Shown here: in pieces, positions 1-12,824 of the stretch
Layout of the letters: each line of letters begins with the position of its first letter
How positions within the stretch are numbered: position 1 is the stretch's first letter
Source: Patellaria atrata CBS 101060
Lineage: Eukaryota
DNA: 64,000 bases
Direction of reading: 5' to 3'
Assembly (NCBI GenBank): GCA_010093705.1
Contig: MU006120.1
Location: 62,001-126,000 of the forward strand
Position numbers and translations under genes: made by a program
Notes under the pieces: generated by a model
What the model was told of the DNA's origin: nothing
Seen by the model: the letters and a program-made list of their open reading frames with translations, nothing else
The model's database searches: none

Positions 1-621
1 CCTTTTTATTATCTATCCCTTACGTCTCGTATCGCATTCCGCTTACCCACAAGTCCAATATAATCCTTTTGACTGCATTCCTGCATACAGTACTTCTATC
101 GCATACTCTATCCAACCATTCATCGAGCTGCTTCCGCTACACGCCGAGGCGGCAGAGACCTTTCCTTTCGACCTCTTCTTCTCTTCCAACTTCCAACTGC
201 TTTTTCTGTTTTGTATCCCATCCAACATCAATCACATCGGACTGGGGGAGCTTTAGCGATTGGCCAACCAGCCCTTGTCTAACACATTGTTATTCGCCCA
301 ACATCCAACTTATCCCCCTCCTACTACTTTTGTAGTAATACGTTTCTTGGTCTCCAATCGCCAGCGTCATTGCGCCCCCTCCTTCAGTACCTTGACCATC
401 TATACGAACAGAGAGAGGGAGACGGGAGAGATAGAGAGACATATACAACAGGAAACGAAATCGCGCGCGCCTGCAATCCACAAGCAGTCTGTTCCCATTT
501 TGTGTAAAGATCGACGGATCCGCCTTGCAGCCGTTCCCAACCCAAAGGTCAGACAGCCCCCAATCCGTGACAGGGTCGATTTCAATCTCCCTGGAATTGA
601 GATTCTCTACTTCTCGCTTCT

Positions 622-2198
622 ATGCCGACACTCGGATTCCTCAAGAAGAAGCGGACGAAGGACTCGTCTGGTTCCAAAGATCTTGACTCTCCTACGTCGC
701 CCATCAAAGAAACACTGTCACCCATCACTCCAACTATCTCCAAGACATCTGACCCTCTATCCGGAACCACCAAAGCCGGCACTTCCTCCTCTTCCACCGA
801 ATCGACAAATACCCAGGACTCTTCATCCACCGCCAAGACCTCCGACCCTATGACATACCAGCAGTCTTATCCAGCTCAAGTCCAGCAACGACCGGCGGAG
901 CCTTATCAGCAGTCGCAGCAAAATGTACCGAGCATACGGAACCTCATTCACCACTCCAATACGACCAATGCATCATCTGCGCATGCTGATAGCACCCAGA
1001 GTTCGAATGGAGGAGCAGTCACGCCAGGTAGTGGAACCGCTCAGCCGCAGTTAAGAGTAACCAAGGGGAAATACTCTCTGGGGGACTTTCAGGTACAGCG
1101 GACCCTGGGAACTGGTAGTTTTGGTCGCGTTCATCTCGTCCAATCGAAACACAATCAACGGTACTATGCCGTAAAAGTGTTGAAGAAAGCTCAGGTGGTC
1201 AAGATGAAGCAAGTAGAGCACACGAATGACGAGCGAAGAATGCTGCAAAAGGTCAAGCATCCTTTCTTGATAACACTGTGGGGTACATTTCAAGACTCGA
1301 AGAACCTTTACATGGTCATGGATTTTGTTGAAGGTGGTGAGCTTTTTAGCTTGCTGAGAAAATCACAGGTATGCCCTGCATCTACATTTCGCAAAGTCGC
1401 CGCTGACAATGAACGATGTAGCGTTTCCCGAACCCCGTCGCGAAGTTCTACGCAGCAGAGGTCACCTTGGCTCTCGATTACTTACATTCGTTGAATATAA
1501 TTTATCGTGATTTGAAGCCTGAGAACTTACTGCTGGACCGACATGGTCATCTCAAGATTACGGATTTTGGATTCGCGAAAGAAGTGCCAGATATCACTTG
1601 GACATTGTGTGGAACACCAGACTATCTCGCGCCAGAAGTAGTTGCATCAAAAGGTTACAACAAGTCTGTGGATTGGTTAGTATACCTCTCCTAACTTTGA
1701 GAAGACCTATCTAACGTGAATTCTCAGGTGGTCTCTTGGTATCTTAATATTCGAGATGCTCTGCGGATTCACTCCCTTCTGGGATGGCGGCTCTCCAATG
1801 AAGATTTACGAGAACATCCTCAAAGGTCGCGTCAAGTATCCGCCGTATATCCATCCAGACGCGCAGGATCTACTGCAAAAATTGATCACAGCCGACATGA
1901 CCAAAAGACTTGGGAACCTTCACGGTGGTAGTAAAGATGTCATGACCCATCCATGGTTCGCGGAAGTGACGTGGGATAGATTGAGCAAGAAAGATATCGA
2001 TGCGCCGTATGTGCCTCCGGTTAGGGCGGGAGTAGGCGATGCGAGTCAGTTTGACAAATATCCAGAGGAGACGGAAGCGTATGGTGCTACTGGAGATGAT
2101 CCGTGAGTCTTCCTTGATGTTTGCAATTCATGTGTTGTAAGCTCAACCACTAACAAATCCTGTCCCTTAGCTATGCTCGTCTCTTCACGGACTTCTGA
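622..2198 (+). CDS. pkaC1: cAMP-dependent protein kinase catalytic subunit (PKA-C); 4 exons 622-1368, 1422-1675, 1728-2102, 2171-2198
   Basis: GTGSFG loop, [25 protein letters not shown] and an AGC tail ending LFTDF; three GT-AG introns with branch sites join the ORF pieces in frame. Confidence 0.97.
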
Positions 2199-2889
2199 GC
2201 CTGTTTTCTTGGAAAAGACTTTTTAATTCACGCAGCTTCCGATGTTTGATCGCTCCTGGCCTTTCCTTTCTTCACAGACCATTTTGAAATCCACGGCCAG
2301 AACAGGAGTGAAACTCGGGCAAATCCCATTCTAACTGTAAAAACATTACTACCACTCCTTTTTATTTTCTGGGGTGTTGATTCAGGGTTTCCGAAAAGCG
2401 TAGAGTGTGCTGCGCACCCACTTGGCTCAACCGAGTAAGAGGAAGCATGACTGTGATATAGGGAGTAGAGGTATGGGATGAATTGGATGAACGTAACGCG
2501 GACGGCGAGTGGTAACTGTACGGTTAAACCTTTGGGGATCGATGTTCCTTGGTGGACAAAGTTTCTGGTTATGAGGAGGGTTACTTTTGCGTCAGCTGCA
2601 TCGCTATTGCTGATTGTTTTTCTGTCGCGGCTGTTGAATAGGGAAATGGAAGAGAGAAGTGAAATGTCCCCGTTCGATCCCAATCCCCTAATCCCGTTTC
2701 AAGTTTGTCGGTGGATCCAACTTCAGCAGTCAGCAGAAGGCAATCCTTAGCCTTTCGAGGATCACAAAGTCCACAAACTCTTCGCCATTTCATTTAATTC
2801 GATTACTGCTAACATATCTAACGAGGCTACTGCTTCGTCACTGCGTCTGTTTTGAGCTTATAAGGCCCCCTACAAGGAATTACAGTTCA

Positions 2890-2938
2890 TTATATTATTC
2901 TTATTATTCTTATTATTCTTATTATTATTATTATTATT
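2890..2938. repeat. (TTATTATTC)n/(TTA)n microsatellite
   Basis: Read directly between two convergent genes. Confidence 0.85.
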
Positions 2939-3402
2939 TTAAGGACATGAACTAATTGGCCTTATTTCGCTTTGGTCACGAATGTAAGAACATTCTATCA
3001 ACTCGTTACATCTCCTGCCGTATCTCTATCCAGTCGAGACTTTCAACTTCCCACACACATCAAGTAATTTCATGTACCTCGTAAATATACTGTCCGATCT
3101 TTCGAGAAAAAGGAAACCCGTCCCATGGTAAGATATTTCCGCTCTCAGCCAGATTGGATGGAATACACCCGTATCGCCGATGCAACACTGTATCGAAAAT
3201 GTAATGCAAAGCCTGAAGTCACCACCGTTGCCGACATCATCGTCTTCCACGTACCCTTGCCGCATCCATCTTATTCGTCCTTCTCTCTGCTTCTCGACCC
3301 TCTTCCCCAATCCTCCTCACTCCATGCGGGGCTCCCAACTTCTCTCTTCTCCTATAAAAACTTCACTGTTAAAGTCAAACATTCTCTCGTCTCGTAATCT
3401 CA

Positions 3403-5253
3403 TCACCCCCGACTCCCCAACCTCCCCGTAACAGCCAAGGTCGCAAGTATCTCGACCCTCCGCGCGTACAGAGACATCATATGGCACACCGGGTCCCCGA
3501 AGACTACTTTTCTGAGTTGCTCGTCTGTCACTTGTACCGCTTCTACATCTCTGGTACCGTGCATTGCCTTTATCGGCCGTGAGGAAGTATTCGAGACGGC
3601 TGAGCTGGTATTTATGGAGGAGGGCTTGACGCGCAAGAGGACGAGACGACCACCGCAGGAAAGGGTGCTGGGTGGGACTGTCCAAGTTGGTAGGGGAGAG
3701 GGTCTTGGGGGTCGTTGTGGATGACTTGGCCAATGGAGACGGCTGTTGCGTATTTTGGTACCTTTGGGAGGTTTCGAAACCTCCGCAGGGAGGAGCGCGG
3801 TGCTTCCACACGCGCCAGGTGTAGGCGATGCGTATAATGAAAGGAGGGATTTGACTACTTTCTTATCTGCGCGTGGTACCGGATCGCCCTCGTTGACAAA
3901 AGAGTAGAAGAGGCTTTTCCTGTACTTGAGGCTGTGGGGTTTATCCAGAGGTAAGAGGGAAACCGGCGGAGCGCCGAAGGTAATACAATGGACTCTCTTA
4001 AAGAAGCCCGTTAGGTGATTAAGGTCTGACTGGACAGTCGTCGAAAGCATATGTGCATAAAGTAATTGCGCCACCGCGCCTCCAGCACTGTGTCCCGTTA
4101 TCAATAAACTATAAGTTGCCAGGTTTGGATCTCCCTCCAGTAGACCCTTTAACCTGGCTGCAACCGGGGCAACCATCTTCTTTGCCACGCCGAGAAACCC
4201 ACTATGACACAGATTGCCCTCATCATCCAAAAATCCCCTTGGACTTGATGGGGCCGGGCGAAAATTAACCGCCCAATCCATGAACGTCTGACTACCTCTA
4301 ATCGCAAACACTATCGTATTCATATCATCCAAGGGGAGGGATTTAAGTGTCATTGCTTTGGTGCCGGCGCGCCAGTCGGCTTCAATGTGAGTTTCGCGCT
4401 CGATGGGATTGGTGGGTGTTTTGTAGACAGCCTCGGAGTACTGTGCGGCGAGGCAGAGCATGCGGTAGGTCGGAAGATAGATTTTGAAGGGTGGGAGGTG
4501 AGGGGGGAGGCGGGAGTTGGTGTAGAGCCAGACTTTGGAGAAATAGTTGGATCCGACGGGTTTGGTTGTGCCGCCGGGTGTGAGGGCACGTGTTGGCTCC
4601 GCGCTGGGTCCGTATGATCCAGGGGAAGTCGAGTACACGATCAGATCCTTTTCTTCACCGCTGAAGCCTTCCTCGTCGATCAAAGTGATGACGGCATTCA
4701 GTTTCGATGCGATCACATCGCACAATGCCGCGGTCTGGTTCATACCAATTGTGGTCTTTTGGTGTAGAGTCTCACTCAGGTCATTCAGAGACGCAGCAGC
4801 AATGTTTAAAGGGCCCCCCAACGTGGATTTCAGATTCGTAGTAGATGTCCATTTGCATCCATGCTCTTTATTTGGATACTGGCTGACCTGCGAAGCGGAT
4901 TGTGTGGCATAACTGGGCCGAGGAGGGTATAATGGCGGGGCACTCGGCGCGAGATTGGTTTGCGAGACTGCAGCTTGAGGATGAGGACGGTGGTGATATG
5001 GACCTGGAGGAGGTGACCATGATGGATGTGGAGAATGGACGTAATGCTGTACGGGAGGTTGATGTGGAGGATAGTATGCTCCTACTCCTACTCCTCCTCC
5101 TGCTCCTGGTGCATGCAGCGCAGTTGTCGTCTGCGAAGGACGATAGCCATTAGACTGCGGCGCTTGATGTACTGGTAGGTATGGTTGCGCGACAACTGGT
5201 CCAGAAGGTTTTCTCCTCCCTCGAATATCTCTTCCAAAGAGGAAAACGGTCAT
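3403..5253 (-). CDS. Lipase class 3 (alpha/beta hydrolase) with Pro/His-rich disordered N-terminus
   Basis: IVFAIRGS, CHSGF, nucleophile motif ITGHSAGG, CITFGAPP, FVNEGDPVPR; first ATG at 5253; intronless. Confidence 0.9.
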   Translation of the reverse strand: MTVFLFGRDIRGRRKPSGPVVAQPYLPVHQAPQSNGYRPSQTTTALHAPGAGGGVGVGAYYPPHQPPVQHYVHSPHPSWSPPPGPYHHRPHPQAAVSQTNLAPSAPPLYPPRPSYATQSASQVSQYPNKEHGCKWTSTTNLKSTLGGPLNIAAASLNDLSETLHQKTTIGMNQTAALCDVIASKLNAVITLIDEEGFSGEEKDLIVYSTSPGSYGPSAEPTRALTPGGTTKPVGSNYFSKVWLYTNSRLPPHLPPFKIYLPTYRMLCLAAQYSEAVYKTPTNPIERETHIEADWRAGTKAMTLKSLPLDDMNTIVFAIRGSQTFMDWAVNFRPAPSSPRGFLDDEGNLCHSGFLGVAKKMVAPVAARLKGLLEGDPNLATYSLLITGHSAGGAVAQLLYAHMLSTTVQSDLNHLTGFFKRVHCITFGAPPVSLLPLDKPHSLKYRKSLFYSFVNEGDPVPRADKKVVKSLLSLYASPTPGACGSTALLPAEVSKPPKGTKIRNSRLHWPSHPQRPPRPSPLPTWTVPPSTLSCGGRLVLLRVKPSSINTSSAVSNTSSRPIKAMHGTRDVEAVQVTDEQLRKVVFGDPVCHMMSLYARRVEILATLAVTGRLGSRG

Positions 5254-6013
5254 ATTGGCAAGGTTCAATGCTTATTGAAGAGACGATATCGACGCATTCT
5301 TCGTATGAGGTCACACTGAACTAAGCCTGGCTCTTATCCCTTGCTCTTCCTATACTCTCATCAATGAAATGAGCAACCGTCGACCAGAGTAATATGTTAG
5401 GGAGTGCGGAGATAGATGAGGTCGAGGATGCAGGATATAAAGAAATTGGTATGTCGTCGTCCATGTCGATTGGACTATTTGCCGTAGTTCTGGTCTGGTG
5501 GTGACGGATTGAAGGCGAGGCGAAAACAGGCAGTCAGGCACAATACCTTTCTTTTGCTCAGCCACCCCACCTACACTACCTAAAAGTAGATAGATCTACT
5601 CAAAGACTCTCCCTCCACCACTCGTTCAACTTCATCCCAAACATCTAACCAAGCAGGATGCATAATAAAGATTAGCGAAGCCTTTAGACAGCAGAAACAA
5701 GTCAAAGAAGCGCTTAAAGGTGATGGCAAACATTTCATTGGTAAACATTTCATTGGTAGTACATGTACAGTATAGTATCAGGGGGGGAAGAATCAGCATT
5801 GACTATACAGCAACTGATAAAGCAGTTATCCGTCAAGATAACCAAAACCGAGGATTCAAAATACACAGCAGAAAAATGATTGCTCAAGGTATTGTCGGCT
5901 CGTTGCGTCGTTTCATGCATTAATACATTCCATGTCCAGCCGTGTTCCCTATGGTAGCTCTCAAAAACGCCTGAAATGCACCTTTTGAACGGTTTTTGTC
6001 CCCATATGTATCC

Positions 6014-7504
6014 TCAGCCTTGGACGACCATCTGCGTAGGTTTGCTCCTACTCGAATACACCATGTGCGCTGCGGATTGTTCAACAACACGCGCGGGCGA
6101 CGGTTTGCTATCTGTGACATTCATTCCTTGTGGAGAGACCTTATTGTTCCCGTTATTGGCCAGAATTTTCGTCGTCGGAATGACCGTTCCAGTGGTTCTA
6201 GTGTTTACTACCTCGGACATCTCTTCTCTCACAATCTGTCCTTTATTCTCCTTTTCTGTAGCCTTTGGTTTCTGAGGCCTTACCCAAGTATCCAAGTCCA
6301 AGCCACATACCTCCATCCTCCTCTGTCTAAACATCTCGTACATCCCCTCCCAGGTTTTGCGAGCTTCTATATCCTTTGGCCTAATGCGAATCTTTTCGTT
6401 ATACGACACATCGTATCGCGGGCCCGGCAATTCTTCATCTTGTATTACGACGTATGCAGTCTTTTCCAAAAACACTGTCGAGTTGAAATCTTCACCTACA
6501 GACCTCAAGTCTGATGTGTACGCAAGAATTTCTTGCGCAGTAGCCTCCGGTATATCCAAGGACGTCCCCGTAGGAAATGCTTTCCGAAGTAGAGAATCAT
6601 CCAGCATCGTGCTCTTAGCCTGCATCGCAGAGATGCGGCGTAGCTCCTCGGACGATGGACTCATAACAAGTAATTCAAGGGGTATTTGATTCCGGGACCC
6701 TCTGGCGGGAAGAGTAGCTAGAGAACGTGGAGTAGAGTATGCCAATAGCGCATCGAGTGGTGTGGAATCGAAAAGTAAACCATTAGGTGAAAGATACATG
6801 ACGCGATCGTACTCTTTGAGCGCGAACACACTTGTTAGAGAGTATGAGGAAGCCGAAGCAACTGGATTCGTAAGTATCAGTCAATCTTCACCTGGCATCG
6901 CCCAGAATGCGGAAGACTCACCATCTGCATCCTTGATCACTGTTGCCATGGGCGAAAGACGAACCGAGTATAACCTTGCTGCTTTCCTCAAAAGTCTTTT
7001 AGTAGTGTATGAGTACTGATCCTTCACTTCGCTGGCCGCGGCTCCAGCCCAAGAACTCGGAAATAAGAGAACCCTCCTCGCTGGGCTCTTCAAGCTATGT
7101 AGCTCCGCGAATAGCATGATGGCGCTACATAGTTCACTCTGGTCTTTGACGACTTGCACGTGCGCTAGACGTGTCCAGTCCGTCTTTGCTCTGGATGATG
7201 AGAGGCGTTGTTGCAGCGTATTATCCGCACCCGACCCAGGCTTTCGTCCATACTTAACAGCAGGGTCTAGGGGAGCGAGTGAGGGAATCGGTTCTGCAGG
7301 TAATCGGGGTTTGATAGCTACTTGAAGACTGTGAACTGTTTGTTGTTGCAGGATATATCCAGATAGGAAGAGTATAGATGTAAAGAAAAATACTAGCCTC
7401 TTGGGTTAGAATATTTCCTCAAGTTACAGTGAGGTGCGGAGTTGATGCTCACCAATCGCGGAAGATATTGCTACAGATACCTGTCCCGCGTTGAGCAATA
7501 CCAT
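6014..7504 (-). CDS. Type II membrane glycosyltransferase family 8-like (GNT1-related) protein, 3 exons
   Basis: MVLLNAGQVSVAISSAI|VFFFTSILFLSGYILQQ signal anchor; DWTRLAHVQ, LCSAIMLFAELHSLKSPARRVLLFP, EYDRVMYL and RRMEVCGL resemble fungal GNT1-type GT8 proteins; two GT-AG introns. Confidence 0.75.
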
Positions 7505-7805
7505 TATATCCCTGAATCATTTACATAGAAATATATAAAAGTTGATGTGAGATGTGTGTGTGTGGTTCGAAGCTTCACCAGCTTTAGGTTGTGCTTTAGA
7601 TGTGATGTCAATATGTCAGTCGACCAAGCAACAATCGATAAGGCCAGGGTATGTCTCTCGTTGCAACCTCACTAACAAATTTCAAAGAACTTTCTCAACA
7701 CCAACAAAATATAGTCAAAATGGCTATTGGAATCGTGAGAATAAATACCACAGTTTGAGAAATACCATACGTATGACCGGTTTCATTAGACATCAAGCTT
7801 CCACG

Positions 7806-8603
7806 ATGTCCAGTCACCAAGCCGATGCGAAAGCCCTTTTAGACGACCGCGGATACAGTGGCCAGCTCATTCGCGGCCAAAATCCTGCCCATCTCTTCGA
7901 AAAAGCTGTTCGAGACCGTATTACCGAATCGTACTACTGGAAAGAGCAATGTTTTGGACTCAACGCTGCAACGTTATGCGATCGTGCAGTGGAGTTAACT
8001 CACATTGGCGGCACGTATGGTCTTATGGGCAAACCGACTCCATTTCTCTGCTTAGCATTCAAAATGCTACAGTTGGTGCCGGAGAAAGAGGTTGTTTTAG
8101 AATACTTGAATTGGGGTGGTGATGAGGAGGATATGGAAGGGGACCAGGTTCAGGTGGATGATGACGAGGAACGAGCTCGAAGGGGGGAATTTAAATATCT
8201 GAGAGCTTTAGCAGCATTCTACATCAGACTTGCCTGGGAACCGGTTGAGATCCATAAGACATTGGAACCTCTTCTAGCAGATTTCCGGAAACTCAAACGA
8301 AGAACGAGGGACGGGTTCACTCTGACCTTCATGGACCAATTTGTGGATGACTTGCTCACAAAAGATCGAGTCTGTGCGACGAGTCTTTGGAAAATGCCCA
8401 CAAGGATGCAATTGGAAGATCTAGAACTCTTAGACCCAAGAATCAGTCCTCTGGGTGATGAGGTTGAAGACCTCGATAAAGAGGACGGAGATGGGAAATC
8501 AATGAACGGGGAGGAGTCAGATGGTAGCGTCGTATCAGTAGAGTCGCGCCATAATGGGAGGCACCGCGAGCGCTCTTTTAGTTACGGGAGCGAAAGTGAC
8601 TGA
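7806..8603 (+). CDS. PRP38: Pre-mRNA splicing factor Prp38 (PRPF38A)
   Basis: FEKAVRDRITESYYWKEQCFGLNAATLCDRA, PTPFLCLAFKMLQL, FKYLRALAAFYIRL; ATG at 7806. Confidence 0.95.
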   Translation: MSSHQADAKALLDDRGYSGQLIRGQNPAHLFEKAVRDRITESYYWKEQCFGLNAATLCDRAVELTHIGGTYGLMGKPTPFLCLAFKMLQLVPEKEVVLEYLNWGGDEEDMEGDQVQVDDDEERARRGEFKYLRALAAFYIRLAWEPVEIHKTLEPLLADFRKLKRRTRDGFTLTFMDQFVDDLLTKDRVCATSLWKMPTRMQLEDLELLDPRISPLGDEVEDLDKEDGDGKSMNGEESDGSVVSVESRHNGRHRERSFSYGSESD

Positions 8604-8733
8604 GTAATCCACTTTCTCAAAACATTCACCTTGCAAACGACTCACATATCAAATCACGCTAAGATCTAGAGACCTTCAGCGCGCCGCGACTTCTCAAGCG
8701 TATTTTCTCTGCTTTGGCCTCGAACTTGCCTAA

Positions 8734-9664
8734 ATGCTTATCATACTTCGGAACAAACCACCCAACATAGAGTCGGGCTCTACTTCTCTGAACCAGGTCC
8801 AAACCCAGCGTGTTACCGAAGCCAAAACTCCGTTCAAAGCTGAAGCTTTTTGAATCCGATGTTAACTATGACCCTGAAGCTCAACACAAATCGGAAAGTC
8901 GCCGTGATCTAAGACCCCAGCATGGAGTAGAAAATACGCATGAGCCAAAGGTTATTGGCAACTCTCAGACTCATTCCATCTTAGCGGTCAAGTCTGGTTC
9001 CGCTAATCTGAATATCAGCTTGCTGGCACTTCCTCGAGAATTACGTGATCAGATCTGCAGTTATCTCCCCCTAAAACGCACAGTCTATCGCAAATACCCT
9101 TCGGTCCTCGTTATACGTGGTTCTCCTGAACCCAATACGATGCTGGTTTGTCGTAAACTGTACGAAGAGTATTGGGAGACTGGGCTCAAATACTCACGAG
9201 CGACATTTCACGTGGAGATACGGAAACCGCTCCATGTCGTCTTCTTCTGGAATCAATTGAGGGAAATTCACCGGTTTCTTGAAAATGTTCGGAATTGTAC
9301 CCTCGAATGTCTGAGTTTCTCCGGGGAACCAGAGTGCTGTATTCTGTACAATCATAATGACGCCAATGAACTTGGTCTTTACAGGTATCTTATTCAAAGA
9401 ATGCTTTGCGTTGACAATGCCAAAATTGATTTTCAAACCCTCGTTAAAGCGGCAGACTTACCTCGATATTTGGGTGCGGAAAGATTTTCTGCATCAAAAC
9501 TGGGATACCACTTGAACAAGCAACCAACAACACGATGTCAATCTTGGGACAAATTCGATTTTGGACGTTTGGAGAAGACGATCAAGGTTAGATGTGGTGA
9601 GACCGTCTACAGGGAACTTACCGTAGGACATCCCAATCGTCAAATGGCCCAATCGACAACTTAG
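8734..9664 (+). CDS. F-box-like hypothetical protein; ATG-initiated 39-codon ORF joined to the main ORF only by a +1 shift (frameshifted gene or pseudogene)
   Basis: LLALPRELRDQICSYL motif in the frame open 8792-9664, which has no ATG before the motif; ATG at 8734 ends at TTT TGA 8848-8853. Confidence 0.5.
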
Positions 9665-10398
9665 GTCAGCCCAGCTATGGACGTTCAAGATCATGGAGAA
9701 GGTCCAAATAGCTCTACGCAAGTTACACAAATCTTCAACAAACAACTTCGACGTTACATCACAACTCTCCCGTGTATTGTTTCCCGTGCGGAGTTCGCTA
9801 CGCAAGTTGCACAATCAAAACACGACTCGAGGCACTTCAACAACATCGTCGGTGGAGAATAGGAGTCTTGGCCGTTCGAATAATTTCGCTCAACTAATAA
9901 ACCATGAGAGTATATGAGAAGGGTTTGGGGGAAGATTCACCAGGGCTCTTATAAAGGACAGATGATGATAGCTGCAGTTGATTCTGGATCTAGTGATGAT
10001 ATTGCATTGTAACTTAGACCCCTTAAATACAAATTGAGTCCATTGTCACAATGATTTGGTCTTTAAAACCTACTGGATGACCTCAACTTATGAGCACACA
10101 TTATAATAAATACATGAAATACAGTATACAGCATTACAGATGCTAAATATAGGAGGTTTGTGACTTTGAATCCTTTATACTCCTTTATACAAAGGTAGTT
10201 AGCGACAAAAACGCACATTTGACAACCCCGCCAACGTCACTCTGTGCAATTTCTACTTTTATGATCCATCTTAGAAAAACTTTGTAGCCTCCATCTAGAG
10301 CAATTATGGTCTTCAGGTATATCGCTGCATGATACTAGATACCATAGGCTTCCTCGTCGCCCGTGCTCCCGTTCTCCCATTCTCCCTCATCCCCCGCC

Positions 10399-12506
10399 AT
10401 GTCATCCGCAACACCCTCGCTCTTGAATCTACTCGCCCAAACATCGCTGGATGACCCTGAAGAAGTTCTAAAAGCCGCCAATGCTGTTCTCAGGCGATCA
10501 AAAAACGACCTAGAAGCTCAGCATGTGAAAGTAGTAGCGCTACTAAAGCAGGACCGCTTCGATGATGCGATCCGCATCTTTGAGGATGCCGGGGACCAAT
10601 TGAAAGAGAAGGCTACTTTGGAATATGCGTATGCTTTGTATAAAACGGGCAATTTAGAGGAGGCGGAAAGAGCTACACAAGTCCAAGATGGTGATCCGGA
10701 AAGGGCTCGGGGACTTTTGCATGTCCAGGCTCAGACAGTGCGCGGATTCGAATTTTTAATTCTGGAAGCACTTCGTTGACACGTCCCTAGGCTTATCGGT
10801 TAGAAAGTTTTTCAAAGGCGGCCGAGATATACGCGAAACTGTCTGGAAAAGCAGCAGCAGTACATGGCGAGGTAAATGATCTGAAAATAAATACCGGGGC
10901 GGTCAGCGCACAGTTAGAATGGGCCGGTGAAGGCCATCTGGTTAAAGACAAGAAGGTTGTAAGAGAAGATCTCGAAGCATTCGAGACCGCATACAATGCT
11001 GCCTGTGGAAGTATAGCGCGGGGGGAAATGGCTCAGAGTGAGGTCCTGCTTCGGAGAGCTAAAGGTGCGTCACTCCAAACGGCGACTGAGTGAAAGACAT
11101 ACTGATTGCAATATAGACTTATGTAACGCTCTGGAGGACCTAACGGATGATGAGAAGAAAGCGGAAACGCTGCCAATTATCGTGCAGCAGATATACGTCC
11201 TCTCGCGCCTAGGGAAACTGGAAGAAGCAGGAAAGCTCTCTTCCAGCATCCAAATCCCCGAGTAAGTTCTCCTAATCAGAACTCATGCCATGTTTAACAC
11301 AGTCATAGTGTACCCGATCTCTCTACACGGCACATTGCTCAAGTAAACTCTCTCGTAGCATCCACAGGCTCTGATAACCCTTACCTTTCGCACCGACTGT
11401 TTAACTCTTCACAGACACTGCCCAAGACGGACAAACTGTTCAACATCCAAGCATCAATCCTTCGCCAGGACGCCCATATTCTGGATCTTCTTTCTTTGAA
11501 ATACAATGGCCTTGCCAAATCAACCTCTGCCTACATATCTCAACAACCTTCTCCGACAATATCCGCGGACGTCAACTCCATCTCCGTCCTCAACGCCGCA
11601 GCACATGCTCGAAGCGAAGTTGGAAAAGCTGGTCTAAAACAAATCCTCCCCCTTCTCGAGGAACGCCCTAACGACGTCGGCCTTATCTTCACAATCATCC
11701 AACTCTACATCCTCACCAACAACCACGCCTCTGCGATATCCCTCCTTGAGTCCTTCTTCTCCCGTCTCGATTCCTCCTGTTCTGCCACCGAACTTGACGT
11801 CCGCTACGCTCCAGGCCTCGTTGGTATTCTAATATCACTCTATACCCTTCAAAACCGCAAATCTCACATTAAACCCCAACTCACCAAGGCCGCATCCTAC
11901 TGGCGTCATAAATCGAAGACGCCTCCCCCAAATTTACTAAAAGCGGCTGGTGCGGCTCTTCTCGAGTCCTCTGACCTCGAAGACTTGGCAGCGGCGGGAG
12001 AATTCTTTGAAACTCTTCATAACGTCAATCCTACCGATAAATCTACCCTTGCTGGCCTCGTTGCCGCCTACGCGACCACCGCTCCCCAAAAGCTTACACG
12101 TGCACATTACGACGCTCTGACCCCCATCCAAAAACTCATCCCCACTATCGATGCAGAGGCGCTCGAAGCAGCAGGTATCGCACGCCCTCCCCAAAGCTCA
12201 CAACCCGCAATCAAGAAACGGGCACCGGAGAAGGAGAAGGAGAGAGCAAGGAAGATTAAGAGGAGTAGGATGCCGAAGGATTTTGTAGAGGGGAGGAAGA
12301 TGGATGAGGAAAGGTGGTTGCCGATGAGGGATCGGAGTTATTATCGACCAAAGGGAAAGAAGGGAAAGAAGAGGGCGGAGGGCGCGACACAGGGAGGTGT
12401 GAGCGAGGAGAAGGAGAAGGTGGAGGGGAAGCCAGTGGTGCAAGCGGCAGGAGGGAGTCAGGGGCAGAAGAGCAAGAAAAAGAAGGGGAAGGGAGGTAAA
12501 TGGTGA
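10399..12506 (+). CDS. SRP72: Signal recognition particle subunit Srp72; introns 10738-10790, 11065-11116, 11262-11308
   Basis: TPR-like N-terminus (HVKVVALLKQDRFDDA, LEYAYALYKTG) and C-terminal RNA-binding motif DEERWLPMRDRSYYRPKGKK. Confidence 0.95.
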
Positions 12507-12824
12507 GGAGGTATGTTGGGGAAGTGGAAAGGAGTATGTATGCATTGTGCCTCACAGCCTGCCAATTTATCCACACATATGCACAATATAGGTCGAAGGG
12601 CATTCTCAAGCTCGCTCAATAAGGAAAATGGGCGTAACCGTTTTCTAATGTAAACAATCACCAGCCTCCAATTCTGCTCTAGACCACGCTGATAGCAAAA
12701 TTATATGCATAAGTGGGTATATACGCCCCCAACGCCTGGCAATGCTGTAGACTTAAAACGCCGTCATTCTATGCTTCCCGAAATTCCTTTATCCCCATGC
12801 TTTTTACCTGCGATCTTGACCGAT

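Noticed and set aside
7554..7805. N-terminal extension of PRP38 in the ORF track
   Set aside because: GTG start inside the divergent promoter; recognisable Prp38 sequence begins at ATG 7806
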